A program made the position numbers and the translations under genes. The notes beneath the pieces are model-generated. The model was given only the letters and a program-made list of their open reading frames with translations, did not search any database and was not told the DNA's origin. From Planctomycetota bacterium (GTDB lineage: Bacteria; Planctomycetota; PLA2), in the NCBI GenBank assembly GCA_021776735.1, contig JAJFFH010000024.1:87744-151743 (forward strand): a DNA stretch of 64,000 nucleotides, in the 5' to 3' direction. This document shows, piece after piece, positions 47,391-57,000 of the stretch (the stretch's first letter is position 1; the number at the start of each line of letters is the position of its first letter).

Positions 47391-48542
47391 ATGCGCTTTC
47401 CGCAAGTCGTCCCCGAATACCCGGTGTGGACCCCGTCCCGCGCAGCCGCCCATCCGCAATGGCGTGGACTGGCTGAGCGAACGGAAGCGGACGGACGGCG
47501 ATGTTCCTTTGCGCGCACGGGGATCTTTCTCGGTTTGAAGGCGCTCGGACTCCAGTCCGGCGACGAAGTCCTTTTGCCCGCGTGGCACTGCGCCGCACTG
47601 GTCGTCCCGGTCGCCAAGGCCGGTTTCACCCCGATTTTCTACGATCTGGACGAAAACGGCCGCCTCGACCCGGCCCGCCTGGAGGCTGCCTGGACCTCCA
47701 AGACCCGCGCGGTCCTCGCGGTTCATCTCTTTGGGTTCGCCGAGGACCTCGCGCCGGTCCGGGCGCTGTGCGACGCACGCAACGGCTTCCTGGTCGAGGA
47801 CGCCACGCAGGCGTACTACCTGGCCCAGGACCCGGTCGGCGATCTCGTTTTGGTCAGTCCGTACAAATTTCTCCCCGCCGCCGAGGGCGGCGAATACTGG
47901 CTCAAGGACGGCTTCGGGCCGGCCCCCGCCCCCCCCGAAACCACTCTCACTGGCACCCTCAAGGCGTTCCTCAAGGACGCCTACCACATTGGCGAGGCAT
48001 CGTTCGCCGCGCGCCGTGGAGGGCTGTGGCAGTGGCTTTTCGGCGCCGTGATCCGGCTGCGCTACCTCGGCCGGCCCTCGCCGTTTCAGGTACACAGCAA
48101 GGCCCCTGCGAATGCGGTCCCGCCCACCGCGGATGACCTACCCACGGCGGACGACCTGATGGAAAAGTGGCACGTGGCGCCGCGTGCGCCCGCGAAGTGG
48201 TCGGCACGGCTGGTCCGACGTGCGCCGCCGGGTGCGGGTGCCGAGGAGCGTCGGGCGAACTACGCGTGGTTTGCGGAGCGGCTGGAGGGCGTATCGGCGC
48301 TGCCTGACGACGTGGTGCCGTACATGCTGCCGCTGTTTCGCGACGAGCCTGGACCGGTGCTCGCCCGCCTGCGGCGCGCGTCGATCCAGTTTCAGCGCTA
48401 CGGCCTGCCGCCTTGGCCGGAAATGGACTTCGCGGCCTTCCCGAATGCCGCCCGGCTGGCCCACACCGGGTTCCAGATTCCGATCCACCAGAACGTGGAC
48501 GCTGCGGCCCGGGAGCGGATTCTGGGCGCTCTGAACGGCTGA
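47391..48542 (+). CDS. DegT/DnrJ/EryC1/StrS-family PLP-dependent aminotransferase (second, divergent copy)
   Basis: ...GDEVLLPAWHCAALVVPV..., ...GFLVEDATQAY... Start uncertain: 47391 gives 383 aa, and the N-terminal codons contain a copy of the 12-mer (ADGRRC). Confidence 0.65.
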   Translation: MRFPQVVPEYPVWTPSRAAAHPQWRGLAERTEADGRRCSFARTGIFLGLKALGLQSGDEVLLPAWHCAALVVPVAKAGFTPIFYDLDENGRLDPARLEAAWTSKTRAVLAVHLFGFAEDLAPVRALCDARNGFLVEDATQAYYLAQDPVGDLVLVSPYKFLPAAEGGEYWLKDGFGPAPAPPETTLTGTLKAFLKDAYHIGEASFAARRGGLWQWLFGAVIRLRYLGRPSPFQVHSKAPANAVPPTADDLPTADDLMEKWHVAPRAPAKWSARLVRRAPPGAGAEERRANYAWFAERLEGVSALPDDVVPYMLPLFRDEPGPVLARLRRASIQFQRYGLPPWPEMDFAAFPNAARLAHTGFQIPIHQNVDAAARERILGALNG

Positions 48543-48555
48543 TAGCCAGCGGACT

Positions 48556-49284
48556 TTGCCCGCTTTTTGGCACAAATTGGCGCAAAACTGCCCAAAACGG
48601 TGGTTCTGGCCGATTTCATCAAAAGTCATGCTGGGGACCACCTCTTCCCCCGATTCCTGCGCAGTGGACTCGCTCGCCCACGGCGTCGGCGGCATCCTGG
48701 CCGACCTCCGCACGAACGTGAGCGCGTGCCGGCTGTGCCCGCGCATGGCGCCCTTCAAGAAGGTGGCGCCGGATGATTCGCAAACACTGTCCACGGGCTA
48801 CATGCTTGTGGCGAACGCCCCCGACAAGCGCGGCCGTCTCTTTCACGGCCCGGCCGGACAGGCCCTGCGGGCAGCGTTGCGGGCCGTGGAAGACCCGCGC
48901 TACCGTGAACTCGAAGATCTGTTCTTCATGACCGCGGCGGCGCGCTGCTCTCCACGCCAAAAAAACGACAAGCGCAAGCTGCGCCCGCCGACAGTGGCGG
49001 AGTGCCGCAACTGCCGTCCGTACCTGCACCTCGAAATGCGCGCGCTGCACCCGCGACTCATCCTCGCGGTCGGCGCGCAAGCGGCCGGCGCAACCCTCGA
49101 CGAACCGGTCCGCGTGGAAGAAGTCCACGGCCAACGCCACCGCATCCGCGAAGGCCAGGTGCTCACGCTCCTAAGCCCGGCCCCGAGCAACCGAGCCTCA
49201 ATGAAGCGCCTGGGCATCACCCCCGAGACCTACAGCCGCTGGCTGACCGGCCTGTTCGGCACCCTCATCGACGAGTTGAGGTAA
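48556..49284 (+). CDS. uracil-DNA glycosylase, family 4 (Fe-S type)
   Basis: ...CRLCPRM..., GYMLVANAPDKRG...GRLFHGPAGQALR..., ...CRNCRPYL... Start may be the downstream ATG near 48630. Confidence 0.7.
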   Translation: MPAFWHKLAQNCPKRWFWPISSKVMLGTTSSPDSCAVDSLAHGVGGILADLRTNVSACRLCPRMAPFKKVAPDDSQTLSTGYMLVANAPDKRGRLFHGPAGQALRAALRAVEDPRYRELEDLFFMTAAARCSPRQKNDKRKLRPPTVAECRNCRPYLHLEMRALHPRLILAVGAQAAGATLDEPVRVEEVHGQRHRIREGQVLTLLSPAPSNRASMKRLGITPETYSRWLTGLFGTLIDELR

Positions 49285-49424
49285 ACGCGGGTTCGGGAGA
49301 ACCTCCCGACGGGGCCAGGTCAGGGACAGGTCACCGGCTCCATGCGGTGTGTCCCAAATGGGTCCGCGGTTTGCTCCGCTTGTTTGACGGGAACCGGCTA
49401 CGATAGCGCCCATAGGGGCGCAAC

Positions 49425-50225
49425 ATGCGTGCTGTGGTTATCGTTGTGAGTCTGATCGCCGTGATAGCGCGAGCGGGCGCTCCAGGAACACCGGCGAACA
49501 AGCCCCATGGTGACCCCAAGGCGAACGCCGTACGTGCCTGCATCTGCTCGGAGGAGAACTTCCAGGACTGCTTCCCGGGAATCATGGACTTCGCCATCTC
49601 GTGGTGGAAGTTCAAGGGGGATCTCCGAATCACAAGCGAGGCCGAAATGAAGGCGTACTACGAGAACACGAAGTTCTTCTGCAAAAAAGACGCCTGCGAC
49701 GCAACAGCTGATGATCCGGGATGGATGTGTCCTGGCGATACATCGATCGTCAACGCTGGCAACCCGAGCATCCAGGACAACATCTGGTTCAAGAAGCTCG
49801 TTGTTTTTGAGGAGATCTGGCACGCTGCATTCCAGCCGACGGGGGTGGCGTGGGATCTGATCTTCACGCTTATCGACAACGACCAACCCAGTATCGACGT
49901 TCGGGGCGCAATGAAAGATGCGGCGACTTCCTATCGAGATGTCGAAGCCAAATCGTGGATGGTTTTTTGGATCGACGACGACTGGGATCTTGGTGGCGGA
50001 ACGACAGCTGAAGAAAAGCTCAAGAAGGAAGCGATGAAGGAGTTGGCAGCCACGCTCCAGAAGTCGTTGAGCGACTTGGAGAAAGCCCTCGCGAGGCTCG
50101 AAGAACTCAAGAAGAGTGGCGCGGCGAACGACGTGGATCGGACGAACCGGTGGATCAACCGATGGACCGCCTGCCTGCGCAAGGGGAAGAAACGCCTGGA
50201 ACGGCTCAAAGAGCTACTGGGCTAG
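49425..50225 (+). CDS. hypothetical secreted Cys-rich protein with C-terminal coiled coil, in a lower-GC tract
   Basis: Signal MRAVVIVVSLIAVIARAGA. Cys-rich N-domain (CICSEENFQDCF...FFCKKDACDATADDPGWMCPGD), Trp-rich middle, KKEAMKELAATLQKSLSDLEKALARLEELKK. GC visibly lower (about mid-50s%) than the flanks. Confidence 0.5.
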   Translation: MRAVVIVVSLIAVIARAGAPGTPANKPHGDPKANAVRACICSEENFQDCFPGIMDFAISWWKFKGDLRITSEAEMKAYYENTKFFCKKDACDATADDPGWMCPGDTSIVNAGNPSIQDNIWFKKLVVFEEIWHAAFQPTGVAWDLIFTLIDNDQPSIDVRGAMKDAATSYRDVEAKSWMVFWIDDDWDLGGGTTAEEKLKKEAMKELAATLQKSLSDLEKALARLEELKKSGAANDVDRTNRWINRWTACLRKGKKRLERLKELLG

Positions 50226-50245
50226 GACTAAACGAGGACATCAAA

Positions 50246-51508
50246 ATGCGAATCAGACTCATTCTCGTGTTGATATCGGCTGTAGTGCTCCCGGCATGCC
50301 AGCGCGCCGGAAGTGACGCCCCTCGCTTGATCGCCCGCTCGCAAGTCGTGCTCCTGAGCCCGCCCACTGAATTCATCACGGGCTCGCTGGACGGTTGGCT
50401 GTTCTCGGCACAGGGGGGGGCCACAACGATTGAGTTTTCGTATACGCCCGGAGGTCAGGAAGATACCGATCTCGTCGTCCCGGGCGTGACGCTCCTGCTC
50501 GCACAGTCCGACAGTCACGATGGCGTGCGGTATCTCTTGGTTGGTACGCTTGACGCGGCTGAACGGTACTCACTCCATCGCTACCACGACACGTCGGGCG
50601 ACGGGGCGCCCGACGCGGGCACGCAGTCCCTTCTGTTCACTTCGGTCGAGCCGATGTACGTGACCTATCTCTCGCGCACCGCCGCCGGTACGACGTATCT
50701 CCTTGACAAGCGCTGTCAAGACATACTGGTCGCGACGGACAGCGACGGCGACGCCTGGCCGGACCAGATCGCGGCGGCGCCGTTCGCCCGATCCGCGGAC
50801 CACGAAACGCTCCTCGATGCCGGATTCATCCGGATGCTGTCGAACGGCAACCTGCTGGCCATGATCAACGCGCGAATGGAGCGCTTTCATTCGCCCCACG
50901 ACATCTTCAGGGACACGGACGGCGACCTGGTGGCGGATGTCCATGTCGTCGGTCCCGAGGGGGACAAGCCGATTTACTTCTCCGCCTTTTTGTCGGTCGG
51001 ACAGGACGAACTCACCGTCGCCGCCCAGGTGGGCAACGTCGTCGAGGTCTGGGAACTCGACTCGTCCGGCGCGACGAACGTTCTGCTTGGTTCCGCCACG
51101 GTGGCTTCGAACGGACGTGCCACTATCTCACTCACGCGGACACTCGCCGCGGGCGACGAGATCGGCATCAAGTACGCATCGTCAACCGAGATCGCGATCA
51201 CGAACACCGTGATCGCGAAGATCCCTCAAGTGCTGGACGTCGAGCCGAAGACGGCCCTGACCAATCAGAATTCCACGATAGTGCTCACGGGCCAGGACTT
51301 TACAACGACGATGACCGTCACGTTGCGGGAAATGGACGGCACGACCCACACCCTCACGGTTCAGTACATCGACACAACGACGGTCAACGTCACCGTCCCC
51401 AGCCTCACCACCGAGGGATCGGTAGCAATCTACGCCCACGAACCCGGTCAAGATCTGGAAGAATTCGGAGTCCGCGGACGAACGATCCAAGTCTGCAACC
51501 CGCAGTAA
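50246..51508 (+). CDS. lipoprotein with C-terminal Ig-like (IPT/TIG-like) beta domain
   Basis: MRIRLILVLISAVVLPAC lipobox. Thr/Val-rich beta-strand C-terminus (...TIVLTGQDFTTTMTVTL...). Confidence 0.5.
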   Translation: MRIRLILVLISAVVLPACQRAGSDAPRLIARSQVVLLSPPTEFITGSLDGWLFSAQGGATTIEFSYTPGGQEDTDLVVPGVTLLLAQSDSHDGVRYLLVGTLDAAERYSLHRYHDTSGDGAPDAGTQSLLFTSVEPMYVTYLSRTAAGTTYLLDKRCQDILVATDSDGDAWPDQIAAAPFARSADHETLLDAGFIRMLSNGNLLAMINARMERFHSPHDIFRDTDGDLVADVHVVGPEGDKPIYFSAFLSVGQDELTVAAQVGNVVEVWELDSSGATNVLLGSATVASNGRATISLTRTLAAGDEIGIKYASSTEIAITNTVIAKIPQVLDVEPKTALTNQNSTIVLTGQDFTTTMTVTLREMDGTTHTLTVQYIDTTTVNVTVPSLTTEGSVAIYAHEPGQDLEEFGVRGRTIQVCNPQ

Positions 51509-51613
51509 CCGTCATTCATCCTCATACCTCATAGACTCATGCCGGGCCTGCCAGCGGCGAAGCCGCTCCCAGGCCGGACTACCGAAAATCGCGCAGCGCG
51601 ATTTTCGTAGCCG

Positions 51614-52726
51614 CTAATCCTGCCAATCCACAACGAAGACATTGGTCTCGTTCGGCTTGTCGTTGAACCGGTTCGAGCAAAACACGAGGCGTTTGCCGTC
51701 GCTCGTGAACATCGGGAAGCCGTCGAAGTCGTCCGAGCGACGCGCACCCTCTCGGCGCCGGGAAAAATGCGTCACCTGCTCGAGTTTCCTGGTCGTGATA
51801 TCGACAAGAAACAGGTCGAAGTTGCCGCCGCGCGGGGCGTGGTGGTTCGTGGCGAAGATGATGCGCTTGCCATCCGGGTGCCAAAACGGCGCGAAGTTCG
51901 CGGCGCCGTTGTCCGTGATCTGCTGCTTGTTCGAACCGTCGGCGTCCGCGATCCAGATCTCGAGCTTGCTCGGGCGCACAAGACCCATCTTCAAGAGCGG
52001 GTGGTAGTCCTTGCTCACCCCCTCCTTGCCCGGCGCCCGCCAGACGATCTTCTTGCCGTCCCATGAGAAAAACGCGCCGCCGTCGTAGCCGGGCCGGTTC
52101 GTGAGCCGCTTGACGTCGGTCCCGTCGAGCTTCATCGAGTAGAGCTCGATGTCGCCGTCGCGCGTGGACGTAAACACGATCCGATCCCCCTTGGGCGAAA
52201 TCGTCGCCTCGGCGTCGTAGCCCTCGCGCTTCGTGAGGTTGACGGGATCCGAACCGTCCGCGTTCGCGATCCAGATGTCGTAGTTCTTGAAAAGCGCCCA
52301 GACGTAGCCGCGGGAATGGTCGGGGGGCTTAGGAGGCTTGTCCCCGCCGGCGTGGGTCGAGGCGTAGAGGATTTTCTTGTCGCCGGGGAGGTAGTACGCG
52401 CACGTCGTGCGCCCCTTCCCGGTCGATACGAGCCGGACGCGGGACCCATCCGGTCGCATCGTGAAGATCTGGTCCGCGGTGTACGGCGGCCGCGTCGACT
52501 GAAAGATCAGCGACTTTTCGTCGAACGACCAGTACGCCTCCGCGTTTTCGCCCCCGAACGTGAGCTGTTTCAGCGTCTTGAAGTGGGTTTCGCACTTAAA
52601 CGGCTCGTGCGCGACCGCAGGCGAAGCGGCGGCCGCAGGCTGTTTCTTCTGAGTACCCGCGTCGTCGCAGGAAACGAGGCCCGAGAGCAGGATCGTGGCG
52701 GCAAGAAAGAGACGCATGGGCGACAT
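51614..52726 (-). CDS. TolB-like / PD40 WD40-like beta-propeller lipoprotein
   Basis: Lipobox MSPMRLFLAATILLSGLVSC, then repeated ...DG..IVF.S.RDG..ELY...DG... PD40 units. Confidence 0.75.
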   Translation of the reverse strand: MSPMRLFLAATILLSGLVSCDDAGTQKKQPAAAASPAVAHEPFKCETHFKTLKQLTFGGENAEAYWSFDEKSLIFQSTRPPYTADQIFTMRPDGSRVRLVSTGKGRTTCAYYLPGDKKILYASTHAGGDKPPKPPDHSRGYVWALFKNYDIWIANADGSDPVNLTKREGYDAEATISPKGDRIVFTSTRDGDIELYSMKLDGTDVKRLTNRPGYDGGAFFSWDGKKIVWRAPGKEGVSKDYHPLLKMGLVRPSKLEIWIADADGSNKQQITDNGAANFAPFWHPDGKRIIFATNHHAPRGGNFDLFLVDITTRKLEQVTHFSRRREGARRSDDFDGFPMFTSDGKRLVFCSNRFNDKPNETNVFVVDWQD

Positions 52727-52855
52727 GGTAGAGCCAGACCGGCCCGCCCCCAAGACCAGCGCAGGGCATCTTGCGGACAGCAAACGGGCCTGCCCGCGCC
52801 GAAGCGCCAAGTGAAGGCGGGACGGCGATGCCTTCGGTGGTCGGGGGCGGGCTCG

Positions 52856-53335
52856 TCAGACGAGCTGCTTGGTCAGGATTGTGACCGTCCGGCCCTTGCA
52901 CGGGCCGCCGCGAATCTCCCGCGTCTCCGAAGTGGCCAAGTTCATTTTCTCGTAGAACGGGATCGCGCTCGGCGCCACGACGCCCAACAACAACGCGGCA
53001 AAGCCATGCTTCGCGACGAGTCTTTCCGCATGACGAAACAGTCGTGCCCCAACGCCCTGCCGTTGCGCCTCCGTGGCCACGTACAGCTTCGTGATCTCGT
53101 TCTGGCTGACGCTGATCATCCCGACGATGGCCTCGTCCCGCACGGCAACAAGGACAAACTCGTCCTCGATGAGTCGTTCGATGCTCTGTTCGGTGCCGCG
53201 CAGTCCGATCAGCTCTTCGATCAGAGCGGGCGAAAAGCCATCGGTGAATTCATGCTCGCAGTAGCACGAAGTCACGATCTCGCTGATCCGCGCAGCGTCA
53301 GCGGCGGTCGCTTCACGAATCACGGTTTTGTCCAC
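52856..53335 (-). CDS. GNAT-family N-acetyltransferase
   Basis: ...VGMISV...LYVATEAQRQGVGARLFRHAERLVAKHGF... (acetyl-CoA-binding Q/RxxGxG/A). Confidence 0.8.
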   Translation of the reverse strand: MDKTVIREATAADAARISEIVTSCYCEHEFTDGFSPALIEELIGLRGTEQSIERLIEDEFVLVAVRDEAIVGMISVSQNEITKLYVATEAQRQGVGARLFRHAERLVAKHGFAALLLGVVAPSAIPFYEKMNLATSETREIRGGPCKGRTVTILTKQLV

Positions 53336-53861
53336 AGCCCGGCCTCACCCGAAAGATCGCGCCCTTGCCCTTCACCGCGAAGGACTCCTCGACGGCGAGC
53401 TTGCCGTCGGACGCGAACGAGTACGGAAAAATGACGATCACCGAATAGCTGTCGCGATGGTCCAACGCCACGGCGATGGCGTCTTGCTTTTTCCTCTTGC
53501 CCGGCGGAATGGTCCTGATGTCGTACACGAGAGCCGTGGCCCGGTGCTCGCCGCGCCCGGCGCCGGCACGAAAGCCATCGTTCAGCAGCTTCATGACTTC
53601 CACGGATGCCGGTCGCTCCTCGCCCGTCCATGCGGCCGCCTGAGCGATCGTTCCGTCCATCGACATCGTCCCCCCATACGGAAAGAACTCGCGGTGTTTC
53701 CCAAGCATTTCGTTGGCGAACGGAAGAACCGCATTCATCAACTTCTCGCAGTCCGCCGCCGCCGCACCGCCCCCGCCCGCACCCGACCCGCGGTCCTCAC
53801 CACATCCAGTGAATGCCGCAAGAACCGCGATGAGCGAGCATCGAGCTACGAACATGACCAA
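53313..53861 (-). CDS. hypothetical lipoprotein
   Basis: MVMFVARCSLIAVLAAFTGCGE lipobox. 182 aa, no known domain. Confidence 0.5.
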   Translation of the reverse strand: MVMFVARCSLIAVLAAFTGCGEDRGSGAGGGGAAAADCEKLMNAVLPFANEMLGKHREFFPYGGTMSMDGTIAQAAAWTGEERPASVEVMKLLNDGFRAGAGRGEHRATALVYDIRTIPPGKRKKQDAIAVALDHRDSYSVIVIFPYSFASDGKLAVEESFAVKGKGAIFRVRPGCGQNRDS

Positions 53862-54052
53862 CGAAGTACCGCTTCCGTACTCAAAACGCGAGCGACAAGC
53901 CTAGATTCTCGCGCCGTGGGTGCGCACGCCGGCAAGCCGCGAAGCGATCAGCCTCTCGCCCGCTCGGGGCGCAACCGGCGGGCCCGCCAGCGGACGCACC
54001 AAACAGGTCGTCCGCCCCCATTAACAAGAATCGCCGCAGGCGATTTTTGCAG

Positions 54053-54077
54053 GGACATCGCCGTCCGTACGCTCTCT
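54053..54077 (+). repeat. copy of the dispersed motif (GGGACATCGCCGTCCGTACGCTCTC; core at 54057-54068)
   Basis: Exact 12-mer, GCGTAC-flank subfamily, between the lipoprotein gene start and the TPR gene end. Confidence 0.8.
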
Positions 54078-54083
54078 CCGTCC

Positions 54084-57000
54084 TCACTCCGTCGGGCGCG
54101 GGAAATCAGGGCGGACGTAGAGCGGGGGCGGAGCGTGCGGGTCGTCGGCGGGCGGCGCCAGGCCTCCGCGGCGGGCCTGCAGGCCCGGGTAGTTCGCATC
54201 GACCGATTCGATTTCGATCAGGCAGCTTCTTGCGCGCGTGCGATCGCCGTTGTCCAAGTACGACTCGGCCAGGAGCATGCGCGCGGCGCGACCCACTTCG
54301 GTGTCGGCGCCCGCGGTTTCGCGCACGGCTTCGAGCATCTGCGCGGCGGCGTCGTAGCTGTGCGCGGCGTGAAGTGCGACGCCGACGAGATAGCGCGGAC
54401 CGACCTGGTCCGGAGCCGCGGCGAGGGCTGCCTGCGCGCACTCCACCGCTTCGGTCGTGCGACCGAGGCGCACGAAGCGGCCGACGGCAGCGGCAGCGGC
54501 GGTGAATTCCGTGGCGGACTTGTCGGCGTCTTCCTTGGCCTTTTCGAACTCGCGCTTGCGGTGCCGTGCCCGCAGGAACTCATAGTAGCGCCGTTCGAGG
54601 ACATCGTGTTTGCTCGCCTCGTCGAAATCGTCGAAGGCCTGATCGTCGTGGCGCAACGCCGCATGCGAGTCGCCGCGCCCGAGCAGCAGCGGAACCTTGA
54701 GTGCCGCCGGCGGGCTCGCGTCGAGGCCCTTCGTGAACGCGGCGGCGGCGTGATCGTGGTCTTTTTGGAACTCGGCGTACGTCGTGCCAACCGCCAGCCA
54801 CAAGAGAGCGGGGTGCTGGGATCGCGGCGCCGCTTCCTCCATGGCCGCGATGGCCGCTCCGGCTCGATTGCGGTCGACTTCTACCGCGGCGCGAAAGTGG
54901 CGCACCGTGTCGTCGGCCTCGTCGCCCGCGAGATGAGCCTGCGCCAGCGCAAAGTGCGTGTCCGGCGCGAACGCGTCCAGGTCGAGCGCCTTGCGCAGCA
55001 CCTCGACGCAGTCGCGCCGCGCGCCCGGCCGCAGCCGGCGGGCCGAGATCGCGTGCTCGGTCGCCGCGGAGGCGTTGCGCATGTCAAGACAGACTCTTGC
55101 GAGGAAGAGCCGTACGTCGGGATCGTCCGCACGGACCACGAGCCCCTCGGCCGCCTTCGCCACGTTTTCGCGGCTCGTGATGTCGTCGTCGTACAGGCGA
55201 GTCAGCGACTTGAGCGCGTCGCCGGTTCGTTCCATCCGGTCGAACGCGCTCGCGAGCGCGAAGTCGGCGTCCGGACGCGCCTGCCCCGAATCGATGATCG
55301 CCTCGAGCGCCTGCGCGGCGCGCGCGCGGGACTTGGGATCCGATGCGACAAGATCGGACAGGGTCTGCACGGCTTCGTCGGTGCGACCGAGTTGCAAGAG
55401 CATCTTGGAGCGCAAGACAAGCAGTTCGGAACGCTTGTCGTCACCGATGACCGCGATGGACCGTTCCGCACCGTCGCTCACCTGGTCGGGTAGCTGCTCC
55501 AAGATTCGGCCGGCGGTCTCCAGGTCGTTTTTTGAGAGCGCCGAACGGGCGACATCCTCGAGATCGGTGGCGACCGTGGCGCGGTCGGCATCGCCGCACA
55601 CAAACCGCTTGAAATGGGCGTCGGCAGCCTCCGGAACGCGGTCCAATTCGACCAGTGCAAGCGCACGACCGCGGTGCGCCGCCTCAAGATCGGACGCCTC
55701 GCGGCAAACGGTCTCAAGACGCTGCAGGCGTTCACCGGCGTCGCACGGCCGAGCGCCAAGCTCCTTGACGGCCTGGCGGTATTGCTTCTTGAAAATGTGA
55801 ATGTCGGCGCGACCGAGGGTTGCGGCCCCTATAGCCCCCGCGCCCCCCTTCACCCCCTCGGCGGCTTCCGCCAACTCGCCCAACAACTCGAACGCCTCGT
55901 CGAGTTCCGCGGCCTTGGCCGGGATCGCGCGCAGGTCGCGTACGGCGTCGTCGGCCCGGTCCGCGGACCGCAGCAGCTTCGCCCGCACGAGACGCGCGAA
56001 CGCAAGCCGCGGCGAGCCCTTTAGGAGAGCGTCCGCCAGCGGGAGCAGAGTGCGCGCCTCGTCACCGGCGGAACGGCGCGCCTCGATCAGCTCGATGGCG
56101 ACCTCGCCCTTGCCCTGGCCCACGAGAACGTCCGCCAAGACACGGCCCGCGTGGGCGTGCCGGCCCGCCTCGCGCGCCAGCACCTGGACGTTTTCCTCGA
56201 CACTTGAGAAGAGACGTCGGGCGCGGTTTTGGTCGCCGAGCGCGAGGGCGCAACGAAACGCCACGGTCTGAAACGCGCGATCGTCGCGCAGACGGCGGCC
56301 CTGCAGCAGGTTGTCCACGGCCTTGCCCGTGGCTTCGTCAAGCGGCAGCCGGGACAAGAGATCCGCGGCTTGTGCTTTCTGACCGTCGCCCAGCAGGGCT
56401 TCGGCTCCCTTGAGCGCGGTCTCTGGCGAGACCGCCGCGCCGCCGAGACGCCCGCCCAACTCGGCCAACAAGGTCGAGTCCGAACGGGCGGCATGGAGCA
56501 GCCACTCCGCATGGTCGGCCACCGCGTCGCCCTCTTCGGCGAGATCGGCGGCACGCCGGAGCACCACGGCGGGCGCGGACCCGGCCTCTGCCCATTGGCG
56601 CGCCAAGTCGAGATGGCCGGGCTCCTGCAAGAGGGCCGCGGCTTCGTCCGGTGCGTCCTGGCCCAGGTGCCACTGGCCTACGGCCAGACGCAAGTCGTCG
56701 CGGTCCGGCGCCGCCTTGAGCAGCTTCGGCCCCCCGCGCCCCCATGCATCTGCCCGCTTGTCCGGCGCGATCGCCAACGCCGCGTCGGTCGCTTGCTTGA
56801 CACGCGCACCGTCGGCGCGCAACGCCGCTCCGACCACAGCAGCAAAGACCTCGGCGGACCCGTCCCAGGAACCCACGCGACCGACAAAGAGATCCGCGAT
56901 CGGCGCCGCGACTTCCGGACTCTCCGTCACCAGACCCTCGAGAATGCGGCACGCGTTCGGCGCCTTGCCACCATGGAGCAGCCCGAGCGCGCGGATGACC

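Noticed and set aside
46082-47476. 464-aa plus-strand ORF over the DegT gene
   Set aside because: Antisense shadow. The minus-strand frame has DegT-family motifs.
53328-55493. 721-aa plus-strand ORF overlapping the lipoprotein and TPR genes
   Set aside because: Antisense shadow of the TPR gene. Arg/Val/Gly-rich with no repeat structure, whereas the minus frame shows canonical TPR helices.
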